Positions 57,045 through 64,000 of a stretch of DNA of 64,000 nucleotides are shown piece after piece. Origin of the DNA: Minisyncoccota bacterium (GTDB taxonomy: Bacteria; Patescibacteriota; Minisyncoccia; Phycocordibacterales; UBA9973); contig JAIPHX010000004.1 in assembly GCA_021734995.1 (NCBI GenBank), positions 18,115-82,114 of the forward strand. The letters run 5' to 3'. Positions within the stretch are counted from its first letter, which is position 1, and every line of letters begins with the position of its first letter. Made by a program: the position numbers and the translations under genes. The notes beneath the pieces are model-generated. The model did no database searches. It saw only the letters and a list, made by a program, of their open reading frames with translations, and was not told the DNA's origin.

Positions 57045-57473
57045 TTATCTTTTACTCCATTTTGGTGCTTTTCTAGCTTTTTTCAATCCGAATTTTCTTC
57101 GTTCTTTAGAACGAGGATCTCTTTTAAGAAACCCTAAATCTTTCATTTGAGGACGAAATTCTATATCAGAAATACAAATAGCACGAGCAAGACCATGTCT
57201 TACAGCTTCAGCTTGAGAATGATGTCCACCTCCAAGTACTTTTGCCTCTACTTTCCATTTTAGATTGGATTTTCCTTCTACTTCAGCTACACCCTTTAGT
57301 ATTGGATCTTGAACCAATCTGCGAGTTTCTTCTGTTTTAAAATATTCTTTTGCATCCATTCCATTTACGGAAATAGAATTCTTTGAAGCAGAAAAAATTC
57401 TCACTCTTGCTGTAGAAGTTTTTCTTCTTCCTACTGCCTCAATGTATTCATCTTTTGATTTTTCTTTTGTCAT
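57045..57473 (-). CDS. rpsI: 30S ribosomal protein S9
   Basis: …GGGHHSQAEAVRHGLARAI… and a C-terminal …KKARKAPKWSKR. Confidence 0.85.
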   Translation of the reverse strand: MTKEKSKDEYIEAVGRRKTSTARVRIFSASKNSISVNGMDAKEYFKTEETRRLVQDPILKGVAEVEGKSNLKWKVEAKVLGGGHHSQAEAVRHGLARAICISDIEFRPQMKDLGFLKRDPRSKERRKFGLKKARKAPKWSKR

Positions 57474-57478
57474 CTTTT

Positions 57479-57850
57479 TTATTCTTCAATTGTTAAATTT
57501 TTTATCATTGTCTTTTTTAATTTGTTTGCAGGCAACATTTTGGAAATAGCATGGTGAAGTAATTCTTTGTATCCCTTTTTTTCTATTACTTCTGATCCAG
57601 ACATTATAGTCAATCCTCCTGGATAGCCAGAATATCTCTTGTGCTCCAAAGTGTTTAACTTTTCAGTAGTAATGCTCATTTTGGATGCATTTATTACTTT
57701 TACAGGAGATCCAGAAAAAGCATTTCTTTTAAATGTTGACTTATTCTTACCTAGCAAAACAACAGCGACAGAGCTTGCCAATCTACCTAAAGTCTTTGCT
57801 GTAGCATCTACGATCTGTGGTTCTATTTTTTTATCTTCTTTCTTTTTCAT
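57479..57850 (-). CDS. rplM: 50S ribosomal protein L13
   Basis: IVDATAKTLGRLASSVAVVLLGKNK… follows the L13 N-terminal pattern; position upstream of rpsI. Confidence 0.8.
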   Translation of the reverse strand: MKKKEDKKIEPQIVDATAKTLGRLASSVAVVLLGKNKSTFKRNAFSGSPVKVINASKMSITTEKLNTLEHKRYSGYPGGLTIMSGSEVIEKKGYKELLHHAISKMLPANKLKKTMIKNLTIEE

Positions 57851-57863
57851 ATAAATTATTTAT

Positions 57864-58223
57864 TTATTCTTGCAAAAGCTCTATCTGAGCCATTTCTGCT
57901 CCATCTGATTTTCTAACTCCTAATTTTAATATTCTAGTATATCCGCCATTTCTATCTTTAAATCTTGGTCCAATCTTTGTAAAAAGTTTTTTTGTTTCAG
58001 GAGCTCTGTTGAATAAAGAGGACAACACAATTCTTCTAGAAGCCAATGTATCTTTTTTAGCCTTAGTTATTATTTTTTCAATAAAAGGTCTCAATTCTTT
58101 TGCTTTTGGTAAAGTTGTCTTAATCTTTTCTCTAATAACCAAGTTTAAAACAAGAGATTTTAAAAGAGCTTCTCTTACGTTTTTCTTTCTGCCAAATTTT
58201 CTGTTTGAATTATGATGTCTCAT
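57864..58223 (-). CDS. rplQ: 50S ribosomal protein L17
   Basis: MRHHNSNRKFGRKKNVREALLKSL…; position after rpoA. Confidence 0.85.
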   Translation of the reverse strand: MRHHNSNRKFGRKKNVREALLKSLVLNLVIREKIKTTLPKAKELRPFIEKIITKAKKDTLASRRIVLSSLFNRAPETKKLFTKIGPRFKDRNGGYTRILKLGVRKSDGAEMAQIELLQE

Positions 58224-58229
58224 ATACTT

Positions 58230-59216
58230 TTATTCTTTTAAATTAAGTCCGAAAGTACTTAATACTTTTTTAATTTCAGAAATACCTTTTTCTCCAATAC
58301 CTTCTATTTCAAGTAAATCTTCTCTTTTCTTTCTTGCTAAACCACCTAAAGTACGGATATTAGCAGAAGTAAGAGCATTCAATGTACGAGTAGAGAGGTC
58401 TAGGCTGTCTGTGCGAGTTTTTAAAACATCTGTAAAATCATCTCCCCTTTTTTCTTCTACTTTTTCAGCCTTTTTTGGTACTTCTTTAACTTCTTCAAAA
58501 ACTTCCATCTCTTCCTCTTCTTCTTTAAAATCAACTATACCTTTAAGTTGATTTATCATAATTTTTACAGATTGCAATAATGCTTCTCTTGGTGACATTG
58601 TACCATCTGTCTCAATTGCAATTCTCAATCTATTGTAGTTGATTTTATCTCCAACACGCATATTTTCTACTTCATAGGAAACTCTACGTATAGGAGTAAA
58701 GATAGCATCTACTGCCATAGTTCCTATATCTACTTTCTCTTTTTGAATTGTTTCTTTTGGAACAAAACCCAATCCCTTTTCTATACTAAGTTCAATATTT
58801 AAATTAGTTTTTCCTGTTATCTCAGCAATATGTACATCTGGAGTAAGTATTTCTACTTGTCCACCTGTTGTTATATCAGAAGCAACAACGCTTTTTGGGC
58901 CTTTTATAGACAAAGTAACCACTTGTGCTTCATCAGATATAATTTTAAAACGAATTTTCTTTAAATTTAAAAGAATTGTAATTACATCTTCTTTTATACC
59001 TTCAATTGTCTCAAATTCATGAGAAATACCCTCTATTTTAACATGAGTCAAACCTGCACCCAAAAGAGAAGATAAGATAATTCTTCTCAAACTATTACCT
59101 AGAGTATGACCGTAGCCGGGATAAAGACCGTCTATTTCAAAAACCCCTTTATTGCCCTCCTCTGATACCGCTCGTGGTTGGGAAGGAATAATTATGTTGT
59201 ATTTATTATCGGACAT
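58230..59216 (-). CDS. rpoA: DNA-directed RNA polymerase subunit alpha
   Basis: N-terminal dimerisation domain, C-terminal alphaCTD (…DLSTRTLNALTSANIRTLGGLA…); located between rpsD and rplQ. Confidence 0.9.
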   Translation of the reverse strand: MSDNKYNIIIPSQPRAVSEEGNKGVFEIDGLYPGYGHTLGNSLRRIILSSLLGAGLTHVKIEGISHEFETIEGIKEDVITILLNLKKIRFKIISDEAQVVTLSIKGPKSVVASDITTGGQVEILTPDVHIAEITGKTNLNIELSIEKGLGFVPKETIQKEKVDIGTMAVDAIFTPIRRVSYEVENMRVGDKINYNRLRIAIETDGTMSPREALLQSVKIMINQLKGIVDFKEEEEEMEVFEEVKEVPKKAEKVEEKRGDDFTDVLKTRTDSLDLSTRTLNALTSANIRTLGGLARKKREDLLEIEGIGEKGISEIKKVLSTFGLNLKE

Positions 59217-59295
59217 ATTTTTTTATTTTTTTGTCCGCCTTTGGCGGGAAAAATTATTTGTAAAATTATTTTTTAAAATTTATAATCAAAAAAAA

Positions 59296-59898
59296 TTAAC
59301 GGCTATAAAACTCAAGGACTGCGTTCAGATCAAAAAATGTATCGTTGTTTTTTGGTTTTGCTAAAATACTTCCTTGCATAATATTAATATCAAAAGAAAC
59401 CCAATCTGGAAATTTATATTCTTTTATTTTTTCAGCCAAACCAAGCCATACATTCTTGCTTTTAGAACCTTCACGAATTTTTATAATATCTCCTACTTTT
59501 ACTGAATATGATGGAATAGTCACTTTGTGCTCATTTACAATAAAATGACCATGAGACACAAGCTGTCTTGCAAATCTTCTACTAGAAGCTAATCCCATAC
59601 GATATACTACATTATCAAGACGAGATTCTATATCTTCGTAAAATTTTTCTGATGCACCTGCTCCTTTTACATTTAAAGCCTTATTAACATAGTTGGAAAG
59701 TTGTTTTTCGCTTACACCATAAGCAAAACGAATTTTTTGTTTTTCTACAAGCTGTGTTCCGTACTCAGAAAGAGCTTTTGGTCTTTTACTTCCAGGACCG
59801 AATGTTTTTGGGGCGAAAGAAAACTTTGGAGTTTGACATTTGTCATATACTCCTGCTCCTAATCTTTTACAAATTTTAAATTTTGGTTTTGAAATCAT
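59296..59898 (-). CDS. rpsD: 30S ribosomal protein S4
   Basis: PKFKICKRLGAGVYDKC… and an S4 RNA-binding domain. Confidence 0.85.
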   Translation of the reverse strand: MISKPKFKICKRLGAGVYDKCQTPKFSFAPKTFGPGSKRPKALSEYGTQLVEKQKIRFAYGVSEKQLSNYVNKALNVKGAGASEKFYEDIESRLDNVVYRMGLASSRRFARQLVSHGHFIVNEHKVTIPSYSVKVGDIIKIREGSKSKNVWLGLAEKIKEYKFPDWVSFDINIMQGSILAKPKNNDTFFDLNAVLEFYSR

Positions 59899-59910
59899 AT
59901 TAATTAAAAA

Positions 59911-60354
59911 TTAAACTCTTCTTGGTTTCTTTGGCTTTGGACCATTATGTGGAACAGGTGTCTTGTCTTTGATAGACGATATCTCCATTCCATAAGCCAT
60001 AATTGCACGAATTGCTGGCTCTCTGCCAGAACCTACTCCTTTTACAACAACATCAATATCTTTAACTCCGATACTTGCCATTTTGCTACCAATCACATCT
60101 CCTACTTTTGAAGCTGCGAAAGGTGTTCCTTTTTTAGCTCCTCTAAAACCTAAAGCTCCAGAACTACTTGCAAAAACTGCATTCCCGAGTTTGTCAGCAA
60201 AAAGCACTTTTGTATTATTGAATGTTGCTTCAACATTTACAATACCAGAAGTAACTTTTTTCTTAGAAGCTTTTGGGCCACCTTTTTTTACTTCACCTTC
60301 TTGTGGCTTTTTTTCAGTATCGTTTTCTTTTGTTGTAATTTTTGTCTTTCCCAT
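59911..60354 (-). CDS. rpsK: 30S ribosomal protein S11
   Basis: …GIVNVEATFNNTKV…SSSGALGFRGAKKGTPFAA…GREPAIRA…. Confidence 0.85.
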   Translation of the reverse strand: MGKTKITTKENDTEKKPQEGEVKKGGPKASKKKVTSGIVNVEATFNNTKVLFADKLGNAVFASSSGALGFRGAKKGTPFAASKVGDVIGSKMASIGVKDIDVVVKGVGSGREPAIRAIMAYGMEISSIKDKTPVPHNGPKPKKPRRV

Positions 60355-60365
60355 ATTTTTAATTT

Positions 60366-60746
60366 TTATGTTTTACTTTCTTTTCTCTTTCCAGATGCCA
60401 TTGTTCTTCTTACATTTCCCCTAATGGTTCTAGAGTTTGTTTTAGTTCTTTGACCTCTAGCTGGTAATTTTTTTGTATGTCTTGATCCTCTGTAGGATTT
60501 TATATCTTTCAGTCTTTTTATGTTTGCAGAAACTTCTCTTTTTAGATTACCTTCTATCTTCATCCCTTCTATAATGCTACGAATTTGGTTTTCTTCTGCT
60601 TCTGTAAGCTCTTCAGCTTTTTTACCAAAATCAAGACTCACTTGTTTTAAAATTTTTCTAGCAGTAGAAATACCTACTCCGTACACACAAGTCAGTGCAA
60701 ATTCAAGTCTTTTTTCGTTTGGTACATTGATTCCTAGTATTCTCAT
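60366..60746 (-). CDS. rpsM: 30S ribosomal protein S13
   Basis: MRILGINVPNEKRLEFALTCVYGVG…; the start is set at the internal Met (60746) because the 5' part of the track ORF overlaps rpmJ. Confidence 0.85.
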   Translation of the reverse strand: MRILGINVPNEKRLEFALTCVYGVGISTARKILKQVSLDFGKKAEELTEAEENQIRSIIEGMKIEGNLKREVSANIKRLKDIKSYRGSRHTKKLPARGQRTKTNSRTIRGNVRRTMASGKRKESKT

Positions 60747-60747
60747 A

Positions 60748-60858
60748 TTATTGTTTTTGTTTATGTTTTGGGGTAGAGCAAATAACACGCAAGTGCTTAC
60801 CTCGTTTTACTATCTTACAATTTGAACAAATTTTTTTTACTGCAGATTTTATTTTCAT
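60748..60858 (-). CDS. rpmJ: 50S ribosomal protein L36
   Basis: Hand translation gives [36 protein letters not shown] (36 aa), the L36 zinc-ribbon signature; missing from the ORF track (under 60 aa). Confidence 0.8.
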   Translation of the reverse strand: MKIKSAVKKICSNCKIVKRGKHLRVICSTPKHKQKQ

Positions 60859-60981
60859 AAATTTATACCCTTATCAAAACAAGAGAAAAATAAGGGAAAA
60901 AACCCTTATTTTTTCGTAAATTTAATACCTTTAAAACACTAAAAATCATTATACACTATTATAAAAATAATACAAGTATTT

Positions 60982-61212
60982 TTATAGCCTTTTTAAAATT
61001 CTAGCTTTCCCCCCATACTCATCCAACAAAACCTCGACTGTATCACCTATCAAAACCTTAATACGGTGCAATCTCATTTTGCCTGAAAGGTAAGCCAAAA
61101 TTTCTTTTTCTTCTCCATTTACTTCATTTATTTTTACCCTAAACAAAGTAGAAGGTAGTGCTTCAGTCACTACTCCTCTTGCCATAAGTTTATCTTTTTT
61201 GTCGTCTTTCAT
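60982..61212 (-). CDS. infA: translation initiation factor IF-1
   Basis: S1-like OB fold: ARGVVTEALPSTLFRVKINEVNGEEKEILAYLSGKMRLHRIKVLIGDTVEV. Confidence 0.85.
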   Translation of the reverse strand: MKDDKKDKLMARGVVTEALPSTLFRVKINEVNGEEKEILAYLSGKMRLHRIKVLIGDTVEVLLDEYGGKARILKRL

Positions 61213-61238
61213 TTATTAATATTTATATAATAGCATAT

Positions 61239-62648
61239 TTATGGGTAATTTACAATTATATGAATCTTTTTCATATCTTCTGGGAAAGATTTTTTCCAGA
61301 CTGGTTTGATACTAGATTCAGCAGAAATAACATGAGAGTATTTATTCATAATTTTTTCAAAATCTTTCTTATTTTTACCAGCTATATCTGAAGCAAAAGA
61401 AACATCATCAAATTTGTATACCAATAGAGGGTTTCCAGATAAAGCAAAATTTATATCCCGAATACTGTTTATATTTTTAGAAGTTACATTCTCTGCATTT
61501 TGTAATGTAAACTTTATATCTTTAATGTTTGATATATATACATTTTGTTCATTTTCATTTGGGGCAATATTTTTTAATATCTCTTTAGCAACAACCTCTT
61601 CATTAAAGATAAATCCATACAGAACGGCATCCATAGATATTGTGGTAGCTTCTTCTTCTGTTCCTTCTTTGTAATCCAAGGCATCTTTTGGATCTCCTAT
61701 AGTAAATTTTTCATTTGTTTTTTCGAAAAATATAGCAGTAGTCCATAAAATAAAACCTGCAGGAATTTGATTTTTAGCTTTTTCCATCAATTTATCCCTT
61801 AAAGAACTTTCAAGTTTTTTTAAAGACTCTTCTTTTTTTTCTACAGAAACCTCTCTTGTAATACCCAATTTCCCTCCAGAAATATCCCCTACAGATCTAG
61901 CAAAAAACTTTTCATATTTAGGAGAACCTTTAAATCCAAGAATTTTAAAATCAAGAGGAGGACTATTATATTCTTCTCCTGCTTCACTAGCAAAAATATC
62001 TACTTGTATTTGACCTGGCACATCTTCTTTTTGCATACCTGGTACTATTACTTTTTCTACTGTTTTATATATTTTTCCATCTATGGTTTCCAGACGAGTA
62101 TTTATATCTAGGGCCTGTGGTGCCAAACTAAAATTATTGTAAATGATTACAGTTCCTTTGGCTGATTCTTTCACTTCTTTTTCTTCCCCTCCAAGCACTG
62201 TTACTTTTTCTTCTCCAGTCAATACCATTAGATCGAAAGAGAAACTTTTTGATGAATTTCCCTTGCTTGCTATAAAATCTTCTGACATTGATAATACTTT
62301 TGTTTCTGGATTTACAGTTACTGTTGCTTTTACAAACAACAAAGAAACTGCAAAAAACAGGAAAAGTATCGCAATGAAAGCAATTACCCATATACCGTAC
62401 TTTGAATCCCCCCCATTAAAATCCCCACTGTATGTATATGCTGAAGATTGAAACTGATACTCATTTTCTCTTCTAGTCTTTTCTATTCTATCCAAACGAT
62501 CATCCTTTGGTACGGAGTCTTCTTGCTCTATTTTTTTTGAATTTACAAATTGTTTTTTATTAACTGCATCAATAGATTTTTTACCTGAAGCAGTACTTCT
62601 TTGTTGATTTTTTGTTTTCACCATATCTTCAAAAATATTTTTGGGCAT
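61239..62648 (-). CDS. hypothetical membrane-anchored protein
   Basis: Single N-terminal TM helix (IWVIAFIAILFLFFAVSLLFV) after a basic N-terminal region; 469 aa. Confidence 0.4.
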   Translation of the reverse strand: MPKNIFEDMVKTKNQQRSTASGKKSIDAVNKKQFVNSKKIEQEDSVPKDDRLDRIEKTRRENEYQFQSSAYTYSGDFNGGDSKYGIWVIAFIAILFLFFAVSLLFVKATVTVNPETKVLSMSEDFIASKGNSSKSFSFDLMVLTGEEKVTVLGGEEKEVKESAKGTVIIYNNFSLAPQALDINTRLETIDGKIYKTVEKVIVPGMQKEDVPGQIQVDIFASEAGEEYNSPPLDFKILGFKGSPKYEKFFARSVGDISGGKLGITREVSVEKKEESLKKLESSLRDKLMEKAKNQIPAGFILWTTAIFFEKTNEKFTIGDPKDALDYKEGTEEEATTISMDAVLYGFIFNEEVVAKEILKNIAPNENEQNVYISNIKDIKFTLQNAENVTSKNINSIRDINFALSGNPLLVYKFDDVSFASDIAGKNKKDFEKIMNKYSHVISAESSIKPVWKKSFPEDMKKIHIIVNYP

Positions 62649-62663
62649 CTTTTTTTTATTTTA

Positions 62664-63773
62664 TTAAGCAAATCTATTAATAGAAAGATTCTTCAACATT
62701 TCCATTGGTAAATGAGAAACTTTAAATTTGTTTTCAGTCCAAGCATATTGGTTTACTCTTTCATTTGACACCATATTTGTAAACAAATTGGACAAGCCAC
62801 TTTCTGCACTTACAAATACTATATATGGTAAAGCAATATCTTCGGTATGTTCATATAAATTTTTTTCAAAAGAAGAAAGCCATGAATTTTCAAAAATATT
62901 AATATCTTGTACCAAATTGGCTATCACATTATTACTAGCATGACCTTCGTTGTATCTATTTATTAAAGAAGTTGCTTCTGTAAAAGAAATATTGTTTGTA
63001 TTGGATACCTGTCTTATAAAATGGTTGGATCCTACAGGGAAAGAACTAAGAGCATTCATACTGCCGTTTTTTACTAAAAGAATATCAGATATCTCTCCAC
63101 CTACTGCAAGCAAGATAAAATTTTCTTTTGGAAACATATCTCTAGCTGATGTAAAGGAATGGAAAGCAAACGAAGAGAATTTTATCTCTCTTTCTGGTAA
63201 TTGTTCTTCCACTGTATCTTTAATTTTTTGAATAAACATCTTTGAACCCAAAGAAATAAATATTTCCATTTTTAATTCTCTAGCCTTTTGATTGTATGGA
63301 GTGTCTGTGCTATATCCATTGAGGGTAGTTTTGAGTGTTTTCATTTCTATTGGTAAAACCTCCCCATTTTCTAAATCACCATAAAGTTCATATTTTTCTT
63401 TTTTGAAGACTTCTACTTCTTTTTTCAAGATATCACTAGCCATTTTATTACTAAAGATAAAAGGGGTATTTTTTTTAAAAATAATTTTTCTAAATTCGGA
63501 AATATACCAAGGAGAAGCAAGAATGCATTGAATCTTAGATGGACTTTCCATTTTTTTTGCTCGCACTTTGTTCAATAAAATACTTAATGATTTTAACGTG
63601 TGTCCAGAAAGTATATCCATATCTGGATTTTCAAATATTTTTATAGGTTCTCTAATAGAAAAAATAATCCTTGGGATTTTATTTTCTGTCTTTACTAAAG
63701 TTGCCCCGACAGAAGAAGAACCTATATCTAAAAATAGTGATACATCCTTATTCATAATATTATTATAACACAA
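62664..63773 (-). CDS. actin-fold (ASKHA) ATPase-like protein, PilM/FtsA-like
   Basis: N-terminal phosphate-1 motif FLDIGSSSVGATLV; 369 aa; the following gene is membrane anchored. Confidence 0.35.
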   Translation of the reverse strand: MCYNNIMNKDVSLFLDIGSSSVGATLVKTENKIPRIIFSIREPIKIFENPDMDILSGHTLKSLSILLNKVRAKKMESPSKIQCILASPWYISEFRKIIFKKNTPFIFSNKMASDILKKEVEVFKKEKYELYGDLENGEVLPIEMKTLKTTLNGYSTDTPYNQKARELKMEIFISLGSKMFIQKIKDTVEEQLPEREIKFSSFAFHSFTSARDMFPKENFILLAVGGEISDILLVKNGSMNALSSFPVGSNHFIRQVSNTNNISFTEATSLINRYNEGHASNNVIANLVQDINIFENSWLSSFEKNLYEHTEDIALPYIVFVSAESGLSNLFTNMVSNERVNQYAWTENKFKVSHLPMEMLKNLSINRFA

Positions 63774-63840
63774 GAATAAAAAATAAATGCTATAGGGAAA
63801 GCTATAAATTTTATCTACTTACAAATTTTTGGCACATTTA

Positions 63841-64000
63841 TTATTGAAGTACTGCTTTTATCCTACGTACCCCTTGAGAAGAAGCTTCTTCTTTTTGTAT
63901 TTTGAATACTCCGAGATCTTTAGTGTTTTGTACATGAGGACCTCCACAAAATTCTTTAGAGATAGGGTTGCCTTCATTATCTTCTATAAAATAGACTGAC
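63841..64000 (-). CDS. alanyl-tRNA synthetase editing-domain / AlaX-like protein, C-terminal fragment (runs off window end)
   Basis: Minus-strand translation …[36 protein letters not shown] matches the conserved HxCGGTHV…IG.FKI…GVRRIEAV block of AlaRS/AlaX editing domains; stop at 63841. Confidence 0.45.
   Translation of the reverse strand, partial: SVYFIEDNEGNPISKEFCGGPHVQNTKDLGVFKIQKEEASSQGVRRIKAVLQ

Noticed and set aside
1-64000. CRISPR array or cas genes
   Set aside because: No short direct repeats with unique spacers were seen. The only tandem repeats are coding (60-bp LRR-like) and the paralogue-terminus repeats. The 42175 protein's Cas2-like feel is better explained as a PaaX-type domain.

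Overview
AT-rich bacterial window with dense, mostly minus-strand coding. The compact genome style and ribosomal protein forms (Cys4 zinc-ribbon L33, short L36, weak Shine-Dalgarno sites) hint at a Patescibacteria/CPR-like organism, but I cannot confirm the lineage without tools.

Housekeeping genes I can support: ddl, an M24 peptidase, a D-Ala-D-Ala carboxypeptidase, scpB/scpA, pepN, a pyrC-carA-carB-pyrB pyrimidine cluster, an MGMT-family protein, a pterin dehydratase, aspS, prs, trpS, dnaB interrupted by a LAGLIDADG intein, recR, an MFS transporter, rplU, an AI-2E transporter, cysS, dnaJ, dnaK, rsmE, grpE, and a ribosomal/rpoA block (rpsI-rplM-rplQ-rpoA-rpsD-rpsK-rpsM-rpmJ-infA). The ORF track missed rpmG (L33); tRNA-Trp(CCA) and an atypical tRNA-like element lie just downstream of it.

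Accessory content: a large serine recombinase island next to tRNA-Trp where secE-nusG would normally sit, a HicB-HicA pair, a solitary MazF-like toxin, an AbiEii-type nucleotidyltransferase pair, and two tandem HerA/FtsK-superfamily ATPases.

The most striking region is 43376-56370. It is a co-directional array of six paralogous Cys-rich proteins (~555-580 aa) with zinc-ribbon motifs at both ends. Their gene termini are nearly identical at the DNA level while the cores diverge. The array carries an MDR oxidoreductase, an alpha/beta hydrolase and a DUF4105-like membrane protein, and it starts 29 nt inside grpE, so it is wedged into the canonical grpE-dnaK-dnaJ heat-shock order.

A second notable locus is a 690-aa protein whose C-terminus is thirteen near-perfect 60-bp (20-aa) LRR-like repeats that differ only at about six defined codon positions, in the manner of a recognition code.

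Several structured intergenic elements are also flagged: hairpins upstream of pyrC and prs, a nested stem between carA and carB, palindromes in the dnaK upstream region, and a GC-rich hairpin island beside the MazF-like gene.
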